Of a stretch of 64,000 bases of DNA, positions 40,370-58,025 are shown one piece after another. This stretch comes from the human T2T-CHM13v2.0 reference genome, Homo sapiens: NCBI GenBank assembly GCA_009914755.4, contig CP068257.2, forward strand, positions 11,520,001-11,584,000, read 5' to 3'. Made by a program: the position numbers and the translations under genes. The notes below the pieces were generated by a model. It was given only the letters and a program-made list of their open reading frames with translations. It searched no databases and was not told the origin of the DNA. Position 1 is the stretch's first letter; every line of letters starts with the position of its first letter.

Positions 40370-42350
40370 AATGTTTCTGTTTTTATGCCAGGTTCATGTT
40401 GATTTGGTTACTATAGCGTTGTAGTAAATTTGGAAGTCATATAGTGTGATGTCTCCAAGCTTTGTTCATTTTGCTCAGGATTGCTTTGGCTACTGGGTTT
40501 TTTGTGGTTCTATATCAATTTCAGGATTTGCTTTCTATTTATGTGAGAAACATGAGTATTTTGATAGGGAGTGAAATGGATTTATAAATTGTTTTGGGTA
40601 ATATTGTTATGTGAATCAAATTAATTTTTCTAATTAATGAGTATGAAATAGTTTTCCTTTTTTCTGTCCTCTTCAATTTCTTTCATCAATGTTTTACAGT
40701 TTTTCTTGTATACATCTTTTACTTCTTTGGTTACATTGATTCCTAGGTGTTTCATATTCTCTGTAGCTGTTGTAAATGGTAATTTTTTTATTTCTTTTTC
40801 AGATCATTCTCTGTTGGCATATATAAATGCTACTGATTTTTGTATGTTTATTTTCCATCTTGCAACTTTACTGCATTCATTTATCTGTTCTAAGAGTTTT
40901 TTCATGGCATCTTCAGGGTCTTTTTCAAGTATAACATTATGTCATCTGCAAACAATGATAATTCAGCTTCTTCCTTTCCAATTTGGAATACTCTTTAATT
41001 CTCTTGCTTAATTGCTCTTGCTAAGACTTTCAGTACTATGTTGAATAAAAGTGGTGAAAGTAGGCATCCTAGTCTTGCTCCAGATCCCAGAGGAAAGGCT
41101 TTCCATTTTTCTCCCTTGAGTAAGACGCTAGTTGTCGTTTGCCATATATGGCTCTTATTATTCTTAAGTATGCTCATTCTATACCCAGTTTGTGGAGGGA
41201 TTTTATCTTAAAGAGATGTGGAATTTCATAGAATTTTTTTTAGCATTTATTTAAATGATCATATGTTTTTTGTTCTCGCTTACTTATGTAATTATTGATT
41301 TGTATATGTTGAGCCATCCTTGCATCCCTGGAATGAATCCCAGTTGATTATGGTGTAAGATCTTTTTAATGTGTTGTTGAAATTTGTTTGCTAGTATTTC
41401 GTTGAAGATTTTTGCATCTATGTTTATCAGTGATACTGCTCTGTAGTATTCTCTTTTTGTGTGTCCTTGTCTGGTTTGGGTATCAAAATAATGTTGGCCT
41501 GGTAGAAGGAGTTGGGAAATACTCACTCTACTTCAATTTTTTAAAAGAGTTTGAGAAGAATTGGTATAATCTCTTTTTTAAATATTTGGTAGAATTCAAC
41601 AATAAAGCCATAAGGTCTTCCTTTGATGGGAAAATTTTTATTATGACTTCAATCATAATAAAGGTACTCATAATAATATTATTCGCTATTGGTTTGTTGA
41701 GGTTTTCTATTTCTTCATGGTTCAAACTTGTAGGTTGCATGAGCTCAGGAATTTATTCATTTCTTCTAAGTTTTCAATTTACTAATTTATAGATGTTTGT
41801 AATAGTCTCTAATGATTATTTGTATTTCTGTGGTCTCAGTTTTTATGACTCCTTTTTTGGTTTCTGATTTTATTTAGGTCTTCTCTCTTTCTTATTCTGG
41901 CTAAAGGTTTGTTGAATTTGTCTTTTCAAAAAACAACTTTTTTAAATTGATCTTCTGTGTTATTTTTAGTCTAATTTTTATTCATTTCTGCTAAGATTTT
42001 TGTCATTTGTTTTCATTTACTCACTTTGGGTTTTGTTTATTCTTGCTTTTCTAGTTCCTTAAGGTGCATTGTTAGATTGTTTATTTTGTTTCTGATTTCT
42101 GTAGCTGGGCATATATACATTTATAATTGTTATAACTTCCTGATGAGTTGAATCACTCATCATTTTATAATGTCTTTGACTTCAGTAACAAATTTGGCTT
42201 AAAATATATGTGTCTGTATTAGTATATCTAGCTCTATTTTGGCTACTCATGGCATATCCCCTTCCTTCACTTTAATTTCAACGTATTGTGTCTTTGAATA
42301 TAAAGTATCTCTTTTAGAGAGCATGTAGTTAACCTACTTTTATCCATTCT
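40370..42350 (-). mobile_element. L1M fragment B continuation (ORF2), antisense
   Basis: gtttctgtttttatgccaggttcatgttgatttggttactatagcgttgtagtaaatttggaagtcatatagtgtgatgtctccaagctttgttc..., ttttccatcttgcaactttactgc..., catctgcaaacaatgataattcagcttcttcctttccaatttggaatactctttaattctcttgc..., tcagtactatgttgaataaaagtggtgaaagtaggcatcctagtcttgctccagatcccagagg (ORF 40995-41177(-) ..[27 protein letters not shown].. = ORF2p RT). Confidence 0.7.
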
Positions 42351-42499
42351 GCCAATCTCTAAATTTTTAATTTTTGTAATATTTTTATTAAATGTAATTA
42401 TGATGATATAATTAAAAATAACCAGGATAAATTCAACAGGATAAAATCAAAACTACTTGGAATGGCATATTGATCAATTAAAATCTATATTTCATACAT

Positions 42500-45130
<2,631 letters not shown>

Positions 45131-45666
45131 TGTTCATAGTATTTCTTCACATTTCTTTCTGTCGTTAGAGACAAGTATAATTAATACGTATAAAATATGG
45201 TATTCTCCTATTTCCACAATGATCAAGAACAAATTCTTCAATTTTATGTTTTTATTATGTCCTCTCTCCCGAACTTCACTCCTATCATTTTCCTTTCTTG
45301 GGAATCTTGGTGAAGGAATTTTGCAAACAACATCAAATTTCAGAATCTGATTTTGGAAATTGTTGACAAGATTCTGGCTAGTTTCAGACATCTGAAAGCT
45401 TTGTTGAAAACTAGAAAAGAACTAGAAAATGAATTCACTTCATTCATTGAAGTAAAGAATAAGCATTGAATATGACTTTGTGTGATTTTATGGTTCTTAA
45501 GTTGTGTCCAATTTCAGAAAAGAAAAAATAAGTCTCTTTCCTGATGTACTTCATGCTGCTTTGATGACCACTGCCTTGGTTTATGCATTTTTCTTCATAT
45601 GAATTTCAGCAGTGACCTTTTTATGGATATGTTGTTATTATTAGTAGTAGTAGTATCATCACTTAA

Positions 45667-45997
<331 letters not shown>

Positions 45998-46224
45998 TAA
46001 GGACTTACTATTCGACAAGCATTGTTTACATATGTAAACATATATATATAAATTAAAATTCTAAGCAATGTTCACACACATGCATACACACATAAACATA
46101 CACATACACACACATATACACACTGAGAACGTACTATCCACCAGGAATGGTCCTAATTGACATACCAAAGATATATAAAAATTAAGTTGATCTTCACAAC
46201 AATCAAATGGGTGGGTACCATTAT

Positions 46225-46320
46225 TATCCTATTATGTGGATGAGTAAAGAAACTGGACTCAGAGAGATAACTTGCTCAAGTTTGCACAGCTATTGAAAGA
46301 GATTTGCCTGATTTCAAACC
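46225..46320 (-). mobile_element. MIR-like fragment
   Basis: atgtggatgagtaaagaaactggactcagagagataacttgctcaagtttgcacagctattgaaagagatttgcctgatttcaaacccag ~ RC-MIR tttacagatgaggaaactgaggctcagagaggttaagtaacttgcccaaggtcacacagctagtaagtggcagagctgggatttgaaccca. Confidence 0.35.
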
Positions 46321-46439
46321 CAGTTAGGCTTATTCTTCATCTTAGGCACTACATAGGTAAGTTGTGTGTACAAATATTGGCATTGTTTTAAATTGCAAAT
46401 AATTAGCGAATTGATCTGAAATTAGCCAAACGGTTTGAA

Positions 46440-46660
46440 AATTAATATAGGATAAGTATCCTTCATCTGAAATGCTAAGGAACGGAAGTGTTTTGGATTT
46501 TAGGGTTTTTTGGATTTTGAAATATTTGCATTATTCTGTTTGAGCATCCCAAATCTGAAATACTTTAAGCATTTTACTCAGCATTTTGTTTGAGCATCAC
46601 TTCAATACTCAAAAGTTTTAAACTGAGCATTCAGAATTACCAATTTTCAAATCTAGGATG
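46440..46660. mobile_element. Fragment of an old interspersed repeat (DNA-transposon-like, MER/Tigger-type motif aaatctgaaat...ttttggattttgg...ggatgttcaacctgta), unclassified
   Basis: atccttcatctgaaatgctaaggaacggaagtgttttggattttagggttttttggattttgaaatatttgcatt...gagcatcccaaatctgaaatactttaagcattttactcagcattttgtttgagcatc...ggatgttcaacctgtatc; internal self-similarity. Confidence 0.3.
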
Positions 46661-46910
46661 TTCAACCTGTATCTCAGTATGATATATTCAAATTTTACAA
46701 TATTTGCTGGCTACAAATACAATACAAAACATTATGTTCAATCCAAAACATTCTGTGTTGAAAAATATTTAATATTCTAGAGAGTATTAAAAATAATGTT
46801 ATAACAATCGGTAAAAGAATTACACTATATGTGAATGCTGAATGAGTCTAAAATACCAATGATAAAACAAAATATTTAAATTGGTTAACTCCCATTAAAA
46901 CTGTGGTTGT

Positions 46911-47245
<335 letters not shown>

Positions 47246-48574
47246 TTATTTTTTCACTTTCCTTTTGGATAGGACACACTAGAAATACTGAGGTTGGTAA
47301 TGAAAAGATAAACTTTTTTACAGCGTTTTTTCTTGGGAAGACAGCTCAGAGTAGGGAACTCTGAGCAACACATATGTAAAACCATAGACTTGATGAAATT
47401 TTCATCATGGTCTTCACCATTTCACCTGTCATCCACCTAATATTGTTCTAGAAGGAATATGTAATGAATGATTGAACTTTCCTTTGCATATTTGTACCCG
47501 CCATTGTTTCTAAGAAATAAAGCCACATTGCAGCACTAACTAATTAAAGAGAATGAATGACAAGGATTTCTAGAAAAGAATGTTGCCAAATCTCTGCATA
47601 TAAGTGAAGTGCCTGCCTAGGTTTCTTTGTGATTCTCTTGGTATACATGAATTCAGAAGGTGGTAAGTCTTTTATTATCTAGTTATATCATAAAAATGAT
47701 AAAATACTTCATAAGATTTAAATGTCTAAATGCACAGAATATGCTTTTAAATTAATTATCCTCACATGACCGTTGGAGGAATATCCAGTAAAATTATCGG
47801 AAACCAAAATTCTTACACAGCAGTTCGAGAAATGAAATAGAAAAGTGTTGTGAAAGAGAGTAGCAAATGGAACATGTGCCAAGTGGGCAAAATGAGGGTC
47901 TAAGTCAACATATTTTACGCCAGAATTTTCTCCTCACCACATTTCTTCTCATTCTGGTCATTGGCAGTCTGTGACAACAATACTTCCTGAAAATGTGTTG
48001 CAGCTGTAGAGTAATTCCATAGCAGATTTATTTTCCTTTGGCACTTTTTGTAATTGGCATTGAGGAAACATACAAGAATTATTCCTTATCTTTTTTATGT
48101 TGGCAAGTTTCATATTGTTTAAACAATTTTTTTAGTTGTGTAAAATATCATTTGGTAGAATATTAGAAGATGTTTGGGCTTTCAAGTTTGTTGATTTGAG
48201 TCAGAGGTATATTGACCAGTTTTAGCACAAGATAGAATTTAATTATCTTGGCTACTTAGGAAAAAATACACACAGAGATGCATACACACAGACAAGCAAA
48301 TATCTTCAATAGTATAATATCTAATGTATATGTTTTCCTTAGAGCCTTAACTGAAACATACATGCTAAATTTTATACAGATATTTTATCTCAATATACAC
48401 AAGTTACATATGTGGATATAATATGAAGTTGAAAATCCTGAAGATAATCATATGTGATGAGTTTACTGTTAAGATCAGAAAATATGAATGTTCTGAACTC
48501 CACAAAAACTTGGCAAATATAATTATAAAAAACGCAAAAATATTCAAAAGTGTATTTACTAAACCCGTATTACT

Positions 48575-49022
48575 GTTGTTTTTATTCTTTTTATTGATAT
48601 ATATCATAGTTGTATATATTTTGGGGCTACATGGGATAGTTTGATACATGTATGTAATATGAAATGATCAAATCAGGGTTACTGGGTAATCTATTTTTTC
48701 CTTGTATTGGGAACACTATAGTTCTTTTCTAGCTATTTTGAAATATACAATAAAATATTAACAATAAATTAGAACTTACTATTTCTGTCCAACTGTGTTA
48801 TTTACCATTAACTAATTCTTTTTCATCCTCCCTACCCCTCTCACACTTTGATAACCACCATTCTATTCTCTACCTCAAGGAAATCCACTTTCTTTGCTCC
48901 CCCATATGAGTGAGAACATGGAATGTTTGTCTTTCTGTGCCTGGGTTATTTCACTTAACATAATGACCTCCAGTTCTGTTTATGTTGCTGCAAATGACAA
49001 GATTTCATTTTTTTATGGCTAA
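48575..49022 (-). mobile_element. LINE-1 3' end fragment (L1P/L1MA-type 3'UTR), antisense
   Basis: tatatatcatagttgtatatattttggggctacatgggatagtttgatacatgtatgtaatatg..., ccatatgagtgagaacatggaatgtttgtctttctgtgcctgggttatttcacttaacataatgacctccagttctgtttatgttgctgcaaatgacaagatttcatttttttatggc. Confidence 0.7.
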
Positions 49023-49253
49023 ATAGTGGCCAGCAAGACTACAAAAATAGTGCTCACTATTACTATTCATCAGGGAAATGCGAATCAAAACCACAATGAG
49101 ATATCAACTCATCCCAGTTAGAATGGCTATTGTTAAAAAGAAATAAATAGAAAATGTTAGCTAGGTTGCAAAGAAAGGGGAACGTTCATACACTGTTATG
49201 GGAATGTAAAGTAGTACAGCCATATGGAAGACAGTACAGAAATTCCTCAAAAA

Positions 49254-49300
49254 CAAAACAAAACAAGACAAAACAAAACAAGACAAAACAAAACAAAAAA
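49254..49300. repeat. (CAAAA)n-like simple repeat abutting 5'-truncated Alu
   Basis: caaaacaaaacaagacaaaacaaaacaagacaaaacaaaacaaaaaaa. Confidence 0.8.
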
Positions 49301-49583
49301 AGCCTGTAATCCCAGCACTTTGGGAGATGAAGGCTGGCAGATCACTTGAGGTTAGGAATTCAAGACCAGCCTGGTCAACATGATGAAACACTATCTCTAC
49401 TAAAAATACAAAAATTAGCTTGGCGTGGTAGTGCATGCCTGTAATCCCAGCTACTTGGAAAGCTGAGGCAGGAGAATTGCTTGAAACCGGGAGGTGGAGG
49501 TTACAGTGAGCCGAAATCATGCTAATGCTCTCCAGCCTGAGTGACAGAGCAAGACTCTGTCTCAAAAAAAAAAAAAAAAAAAA
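49301..49583 (+). mobile_element. Alu, 5'-truncated (~20 nt), A21 tail
   Basis: agcctgtaatcccagcactttgggagatgaaggctggcagatcacttgaggttaggaattcaagaccagcctggtcaacatg...gactctgtctcaaaaaaaaaaaaaaaaaaaaa. Confidence 0.9.
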
Positions 49584-50106
49584 AGAGCTACGATGTAATC
49601 CATCAATCCCATTACTGGCTATATATCCAAAAAGGGGAAATTAGTATATTAAAGAGATATCTGCACTCCCATGTTCATTGCAGCAATATTCACAATAGTG
49701 AAGCTATGGAATCAACCTAAGTGCCCATCAACAGATAAATGGATAAAGAGTATCTATATGTATATGAGTACATATATGAAAAAATATATATGCATACTAA
49801 ACTTTGTAAGGAATTAGTATAGTTTTAGGCTTACAGAAAAACTGTGAGGGTGACAAAGTTTTCATGTGCACCACACCGAGTTTTTATTGTTGCAAACATT
49901 ATACATTAGTATGGTAACATTTTTTACAATTAATAAACAAATACAAGTATATTATTTTAACAGCAGTCTACACTTTATTCAGGTTTCCTTGGCTTTCGAT
50001 TTCTGTCCCAGGATCCCATCAAGAATAAAATTACATTTTTCTGTCATGTCTCCTTAGGCTACTGTGGGCCATGACAATTTCTTAGAGGTTTCCTGTTTTT
50101 GATGAT

Positions 50107-52149
50107 TGATATGGTTTGACTGTGTCCCCACCCAAATCGCAACTTGAATTGTATCAGTAGAGTGGAGTGTTGCTGAAAAGATACCCAAAATATGTAAGCG
50201 ACTTTGGAACTGCATAACAGGCAGAGGTTGGAACAGTTTGGAGGGCTCAGAAGAAGACAGGAAAATGTGGGAAAGTTTGGAAAGGCATGATTGGTTCTGA
50301 AATGTGAGGACATGAGATTTCTAGGTGTCGGGGTGGAATGATATGGTTTGGCTGTGTTCCCATCCAAATCACTTGTTGAATGGCTTTGATAAAATGCTGA
50401 TAGTGATATGAACAATAAGGTCCAGGCTGAGGTGGCCTAAGATGGAGATGAAGAACTTGTAGGGAACTGGAGCAAAGGTGATTCTTGTTATGTTTTAGCA
50501 AAGAGACTAGTAGCACTTTGTCCCTGCTCTAGAGATCTGTGGAACATTGAACTTGAGATCATTTAAGATACCTGGCAGAAGAAATTTCTAAGCAGCAAAG
50601 CATTCAAAAGGTGACTTGGGTTGCTGTTAAAAGCATTTTGTTTGGAAAGGGAAACAGCATTAAAGTTCAGAAAGTTTGCAGCCTGATGATGCAGTAGAAA
50701 AGAAAAACCCATTTTTTTTTGTGGAGAAATTCAAGCCAGCTGCAGAAATTTGCGTAAGTAGCAAGGAAGCTAATGTTAATCCCCAAGACCATGGGGAAGA
50801 TGTCTCCAGGCCATGTCAGAGACTCAGAGACCTTCAGGGCAGCCCCTCCCTTCATAAGCCCAGAGGCCCAGGAGGAAAAAGTGTCTTTGTGGGCCAGGCC
50901 CAGGGTCTGCATGCTCTGTGAAGCCTAGGGACTTGGTACCTTGTGTCCCAGCTGCTTCAGACATGGCTCCAAAGGGCCAATGTAGAGCTTGGGCTGTGAC
51001 TTCAGAGGGTGGAAGCCCTAAGCCTTTGCAGTTTGCACGTGGTGTTGAGCCTGTAGGTGCACAGAAGTCAAGAATTGAGGTTTGGGAACCTCCATCTAGA
51101 TTTCAGAAGATGTATGGAAACTCCTGGATGCCCAGGCAAGTTTGCTGCAGGGGTGGGGCCCTCAGGGAGAACCTCTGCTAGGGCACTGTGGAAGGGAAAT
51201 GTGGGGCTGGAGCCCCCACACAGAGTCCCTACTTGGGCACTGCCTAGTGGAGCTGTGAGAAGAGGGCTACCGTCCTCCAGACCCCAGAATGGTATATCCA
51301 CCGACAGCTTGAACCATGCTCCTGGAAAAGCCACAGACACTCAACGCCAGCCCATGAAAGTAGCTGGGAGGGAGGCTGTACCCTGCAAAGCCACAAAGGT
51401 GGAACTGCCCAAGACCATGAGAATCCACCTCTTGCATCAGCAAAACCTGGATGTGAGAACTAGAGTCAAAGGAGATCATTTTGAAGCTTTAAAATTTGAC
51501 TTCCCCACTGGATTTTGGACTTGCATGGGGCCTGTAACCCCTTTGTTTTGGCCAATTTCTCCTATTTAAACAGCTATATTTACCCAATACCTGTACCCCC
51601 ATTGTATCTAGGAAGTAACTAGCTTGATTTTGATTTTACAGGCTCATAGGTGGAAGGGACTTGCCTTGTCTCAGATGAGACTTTGGACTGTGCACTTTTG
51701 AGTTCATGCTGGAATGAGTTAAGACTTTGAAGGACTGTTGGGAAGGCATGGTTGGTTTGAAATGTGAGGACACGAGATTTTGAGGGGTCGGGGTGGAATG
51801 ATATGGTTTGGCTGTGTCCCCATCCAAATCACAACTTGAATTGTATCTCTCAGAATTCCCACATGTTGTGGAGGGGGACTCAGGGGGAGGTAATTGAATC
51901 ATGGGAGAACAGTCGTTTCCATGCTATTCTCATGATAGTGAATAAGTCTCACACTATCCAATGGTTTTATCAGGGGTTTCCCCTTTGCTTGCTCCTCATT
52001 TTCTCTTGCTGCTGCCATGTAAGAAGTGCCTTTTGCCTCCTGCCATGATTCTGAGGCCTCCCTAGCCATGTGGAGTTGTAAGTTCAATTAAACCTCTTTT
52101 TCTTCCTTGGTGTATGTCTTTATCAGCAGTGAGTAAACAGACTAATGCA
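50107..52149 (+). mobile_element. THE1 element (MaLR) with rearranged 5' end: 49 bp of 5' LTR fused to internal region, full 3' LTR (~51775-52149)
   Basis: tgatatggtttgactgtgtccccacccaaatcgcaacttgaattgtatc | agtagagtggagtgttgctgaaaagatacccaaaatatgtaagcgactttggaactgcataacaggcagaggttggaacagtttggagggctcagaagaagacaggaaaatgtgggaaagtttggaa...; 3' LTR ggtggaatgatatggtttggctgtgtccccatccaaatcacaacttgaattgtatctctcag...gattctgaggcctccctagccatgtggagttgtaagttcaattaaacctc...gagtaaacagactaatgca. Confidence 0.75.
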
Positions 52150-53659
52150 ACGACCTGAGAATTTTGAGGGGGTACTCATCATGTACTTTGCAGAATCAAT
52201 CAGGTTTTCTCTAATGCTTTTCTCATCATAAGACATAGGTTATTGGTTTTTAAAAGGAAGACCACAAGGTAAAGTGCAATTCTCATCACATTATGTTAAA
52301 AGTAGATACTATAAGCATAATCTACCACTGATTTTACTGTGTATGTTTAAACTGTACAACATGTCTTGATATACTTATACATAGTGAAATAATTAGCATA
52401 ATGAAGCAAATTAATGTATCTATCACTTTACATTGTTTTTGCGTGTGAGATAAGAGCACCTAAAATGTATTACTGTTGATGTTAATCTTGATCACGTAGC
52501 TGATAGAGTTTGTCATTTTCCTTGACCATAAACTTACTTTTTTCCCCCTTTCTACACTGTAGTCTTTGGGAGGAAGTCACTGCACAGCCTACATTTAAAG
52601 AATGAGGGCTTATTCTCTACCTCCTTGAGAGCAGAGTGTAATGTAGATACTCATCTATGTTACTTTTACTCTTTATGTAAATTACTTCGAAATTTTCTGC
52701 ATCAGAGATTTGTCTCTTCTCTCCTATTTGTTTATTCATTTATTTATATTGCAACATATTTGTATGGACTCACAAATATATTTTTTAAGCTGGGGTTTAT
52801 ATTCAGTATTTAACACTATTTTGTTTTTCAAAGTGTTCTAGCTTTTGCCATTGGGAGCTATTTTAGTTGGCTCCTGTGTCTTTTGTGTGTCTTTGACACA
52901 ATTCTATCTTTGTGAGTATTTTTGTTTGTTTGTTTTGGTTTTTTGCACTTGCTTGCCTTCTGCCCCTATAAGGTATTCCAAGCACATCTCCTATATTTCT
53001 TGACTCACTCCTAGAACCAGCCATTTCGCCAAAGATTCATGGTTCCTTTTAACAGAGAATAATATTAGGAACCAAGATCTAAGTGCTAAGTGGGCTTATT
53101 GCTACTTCAGTGTTGATGCTTCCAGACTATCTCAACTGACAGAGAAAAAAAATGTGTGAGTATATTAACCCATGTATATACACATATTTATAAATGTTAT
53201 CTATATTTCTATATCCAGAAATATCTATATTAAGCAAAATGTAAGTTCATACTGGTGTATTGAAGTCTTCTGTAATAACACATGGATAATTCTAGCCGCA
53301 TCTCCTTGGTCACTGCAATCTCTCATTCCAAAAGTAAGAAAACTGCCTGTCAGCCACTGTCAGCCAATCATTTATATACTTGTTCAAATCCATTATGTTT
53401 GTATAGTGGTATGAGGATTGTTAATCCATACCCCTAGGTAAACAGATTTTTCAACTAGAATATAGTGCTTATGTACAGTTTCTTTTGCCTTTACTATTAC
53501 AGACTCATCTCCATTTATTTTCAAAGTTACTTATGTCACCACTGTTATTGTCCACTCCCTTCAGATAAGATTTTTCATACATTCTTAATACAGTTAGATA
53601 TTTTTTGTCTCAGCCTGAATTCCGTCTTGGAGTCTCCTGACCTCTAAATGACTTTTGTT

Positions 53660-56101
53660 TGCTTTGTTGAAGATCAGTTGGCTGTAAGTTTTGGGGTTTA
53701 TTTCTGGCTTCTCTCTTCTGTTCCATTGGTCTATATGCCTGTTTTTGAACAAGTACCATGCTGTTTTGGTGACTATGGCCTTATAGTACAGTTTGAAATC
53801 AGGTAGTGCATGCCTCCAGATTTGCTCTTTTTGCTTAGTCTTGCTTTCGCTATGTGGATCTTTTTTGGCTCCATATGATTGTAGAATTGTTTTTTCAAAT
53901 TCTGTGAAGAACAATGGTGGTATTTTGATGGGGATTGCATTGAATTTGTAGATAGCTTTTGGCAGTATGGTCATTTTCACAATATTGATTCTACCTATCC
54001 ATGAGCATGAGATGTGTTTCCATTTGTTTGTGTCATCTATGATTTCTTTCAGCCATGTTTTGTAGTTTTCCTTGTAGAGGTCTTTTGGCACCTGGTTATG
54101 TATATTCCTAAGTTTTTCGTTTGTTTGTTTTTTGCAGCTATTGTGAAAGGGGTTGAGTTCTTGATTTCAACCTCCACTTGGTCACTGTTGGTATACAGAA
54201 GAGCTACTGATGTGTGTACATTAATCTTTTATCTAGAAACTTTGCTGAATTCTTTCGTCAGTTCTAGGAGCTTTCTGGAGGAGTCCTTAGGGTTTTCAAG
54301 GTAAACGATCATATCATCAGCAAAGAGTGACAGTTTGACTTCCTCTTTACTGATTTGGATGAACTTTATTTCTTTCTCTTGCGTGACTGCTGTGGTTAGG
54401 ACTTCCAGTACTATGTTGAAAAGGAGTGGTGACAGTAGTCATCCTTGTCTTGTTCCATTTCTCAGAGGGAATGCTTTCAAATTTTCCCCATTCAGTATTA
54501 CACTGGCTGTGGGTTTGTCATAGTTGGCTTTTATTACATTAAGGTATGTCCCTTGTATGCCGATTTTGCTGAGAGTTTTAATCATAAAGTGATGCTAGAT
54601 TTTGTCGAAGGCTTTTTCTGTGTCTATTGAGATGATCATAGTGATTTTTGTTTTAAATTCTGTTTATGTGTTGTATCATATGTTAAACCATCCCTGGTAT
54701 GAAACTCACTTGATCATGGATTACTTTTTTGATATGTTGTTGGATTCAGTTAGCTAGTATTTTGTTAAGGATTTTAGCATCTGTGTTCATTGAGGATATT
54801 GGTCTGTAGTTTTCTTTTCTGGTTATGTCCTTTCCTGGTTTTGGTATTAGGGTGATGCTGGCTTCATAGAATGAATTAGGGAGGGTTCCTTCTTTCTCTG
54901 TCTTGTGGAATAGTGTCAAAAGGATTGGTACCAATTCTTCTTTGAATGTCTGGTAGAATTTTGTTGTGAATCTGTCTGGTCCTGGACATTTTTTGTTAGT
55001 AATTTTTAGATTACCATTTCAATATTGCTGCTTGTTATTGGTCAGTTCAGGGTATCTAATTCTTCCTCATTTAAGCTAGGAAGCTTGTTTTTTCCAGGAA
55101 TTTATCCATCTCTTCTAGGTTTTCTAGTTTACATGCATAAAGGTGTTAATAGTAGCCCTGACTTATCTTTTCTATTTCAGTGGTGTCAGTTCTGATATCT
55201 CCTGTTTCATTTCTTAGTGAGGTTTTTTGGATTTTCTCTCTTCTTTTCTTGGTTAATCTTGCTAATAGTTTGTCAACTTTATTTATCTTTTCAAAGAACC
55301 AGCTTTTTATTTTGTTTATCTTTTGTATATTTTTTGTTTCAGTTTCATTTAGTTGTGCTCTGATCTTGGTTATTTCCTTTCTTCTACTTGCTTTGGGTTT
55401 GGTTTGTTCTTGTTTCTCTAGTTCTTTGAGATGTGACCTTAGATTGTCTGTTTGTGCTCTTTCAAACTTTTTGATGTAGATGTTTATGGCTATGAGCTTT
55501 CTTCTTAGCATTACCTTTGCTGTATCCCAGAGGTTTTGATAAATTGTGTCATTCTTGTCATTCAGTTGGAAGAATTTTTTAATTTCCATCCTGAGTTTGT
55601 GTTTGACCCGATGCTCATTCAGGAGCAGGTTATTTAATTTTCATTTATTTGCATGGTTTTGAAGGTTCCTTTTGGAGTTGATTTCCAGTTTTATTCCACT
55701 GTGGTCTGACAGAGTGCTTAATATATTATCACTTTTCTTAAATGTAATGAGGCTCGTTTTATGGCCTATAATATAGTCAATACGGGAGAAAGTTCCACAC
55801 GCTGTTTAATAGAATGTGTATTCTGTGGTTGTTGGATGAAATGTTCTGTGTATATCTGTTAAGTCCATTTGTTCCGAGGTATAGTTTAAACCTGTTGTTT
55901 CTTTGTTGACTTTCTGTCTTGATGACCTACCTAGTGCTGTCAGTGGAGTATTGACATCCCCTACTATTGTTGTGTTGCTATATATCTCATCTCATTTCTT
56001 AGGTCTATTAGTAATTGTTTTATTAATTTCAGAGCTCCAGTGTTAGGTGCATATGTTTAGGATTGTGATATTTTCCTGTTGGACAAGGCCTTTTAGCATT
56101 C
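53660..56101 (-). mobile_element. LINE-1 ORF2 internal fragment (~ORF2p aa 200-990), antisense, L1P-like
   Basis: ORF 53594-54091(-) ..[104 protein letters not shown]..; ORF 54746-54934(-) ..[58 protein letters not shown] 55146-55589(-) ..YQNLWDTAKVMLRRKLIAINIYIKKFERAQTDNLRSHLKELEKQEQTKPKASRRKEITKIRAQLNE.. all ORF2p. Confidence 0.85.
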
Positions 56102-57640
<1,539 letters not shown>

Positions 57641-57743
57641 TCCTTCCTCATTTTTTTTTCCTTAGGAAATTTCTAACTTTTTTTACCTTCCATGCTTTCT
57701 ATTGGATGCATTCCTTTGTTTATTTTTTTTAATATTATTTTAG

Positions 57744-58025
57744 TTTTTTGAGACGGGGTCTCACTCTGTTGCCCAGGCTGGGGGGCATTGGCGCAATTTT
57801 GTCTCACTGCAAGCTCTACCTCCCAGTTCATGCCATTCTCCTGTCTCAGCCTCCTGAGTAGCTGGGACTACAGGCACCCACCACTATGCTTAATTTTCTG
57901 TATTTTTAGTAGAGGTGGGGTTTCACCATCTTGGCCAGGATGGTTTCAATCTCCTGACCTCGTGATCCACCCGCCTGGGCCTCCCAAAGTGCAAGGATTA
58001 CAGGCATAAGCCACCGGGCCCAGCC
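57744..58025 (-). mobile_element. Alu
   Basis: ttttttgagacggggtctcactctgttgcccaggctggggggcattggcgcaattttgtctcactgcaagctctacctcc...caaggattacaggcataagccaccgggcccagcc; TSD cattcctttRtttMt. Confidence 0.9.

Larger units (their letters stand above)
49023..53153 (+). mobile_element. Older L1M LINE-1 (L1MB/MC-like) ORF2 tail + long 3'UTR, sense, interrupted by Alu (49254-49583) and THE1 (50107-52149); ends in A8
   Basis: catcagggaaatgcgaatcaaaaccacaatgagatatcaactcatcccagttagaatggctattgttaaaaag..., gctaggttgcaaagaaaggggaacgttcatacactgttatgggaatgtaaagtagtacagccatatggaagacagtacag; 3'UTR phrases cagcagtctacactttattcaggtttccttggctttcgatttctgtcccaggatcccatcaagaataaaattacatttttctgtcatgtctcc, ctgttgatgttaatcttgatcacgtagctgatagag, gttctagcttttgccattgggagctattttagttggctcctgtgtc. 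Confidence 0.7.

Noticed and set aside
51057-51569. 170-aa + strand ORF, with similar 106-aa ORF at 6521-6841
   Set aside because: Both fall within THE1 internal sequence; the two copies are paralogous repeat ORF remnants (MaLR internals are non-coding relics), not host genes.
48575-53153. Head-to-head antisense L1 3' fragment abutting a sense L1M: twin-priming 5' inversion?
   Set aside because: The inverted piece is an L1 3'-terminal segment of a different, younger-type subfamily (L1P/L1MA 3'UTR) than the sense element (L1MB/MC-type 3'UTR). Twin priming inverts more-5' sequence of the same copy, so two independent insertions are more likely.
53594-55589. Minus-strand ORFs of 165, 147 and 62 aa with clear reverse-transcriptase/ORF2p similarity: possible functional retroelement gene
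   Set aside because: They are fragments of one L1 ORF2 separated by frameshifts and stops. The element lacks ORF1, the 5'UTR, the ORF2 N- and C-termini and the 3'UTR, so it is a dead L1 copy.
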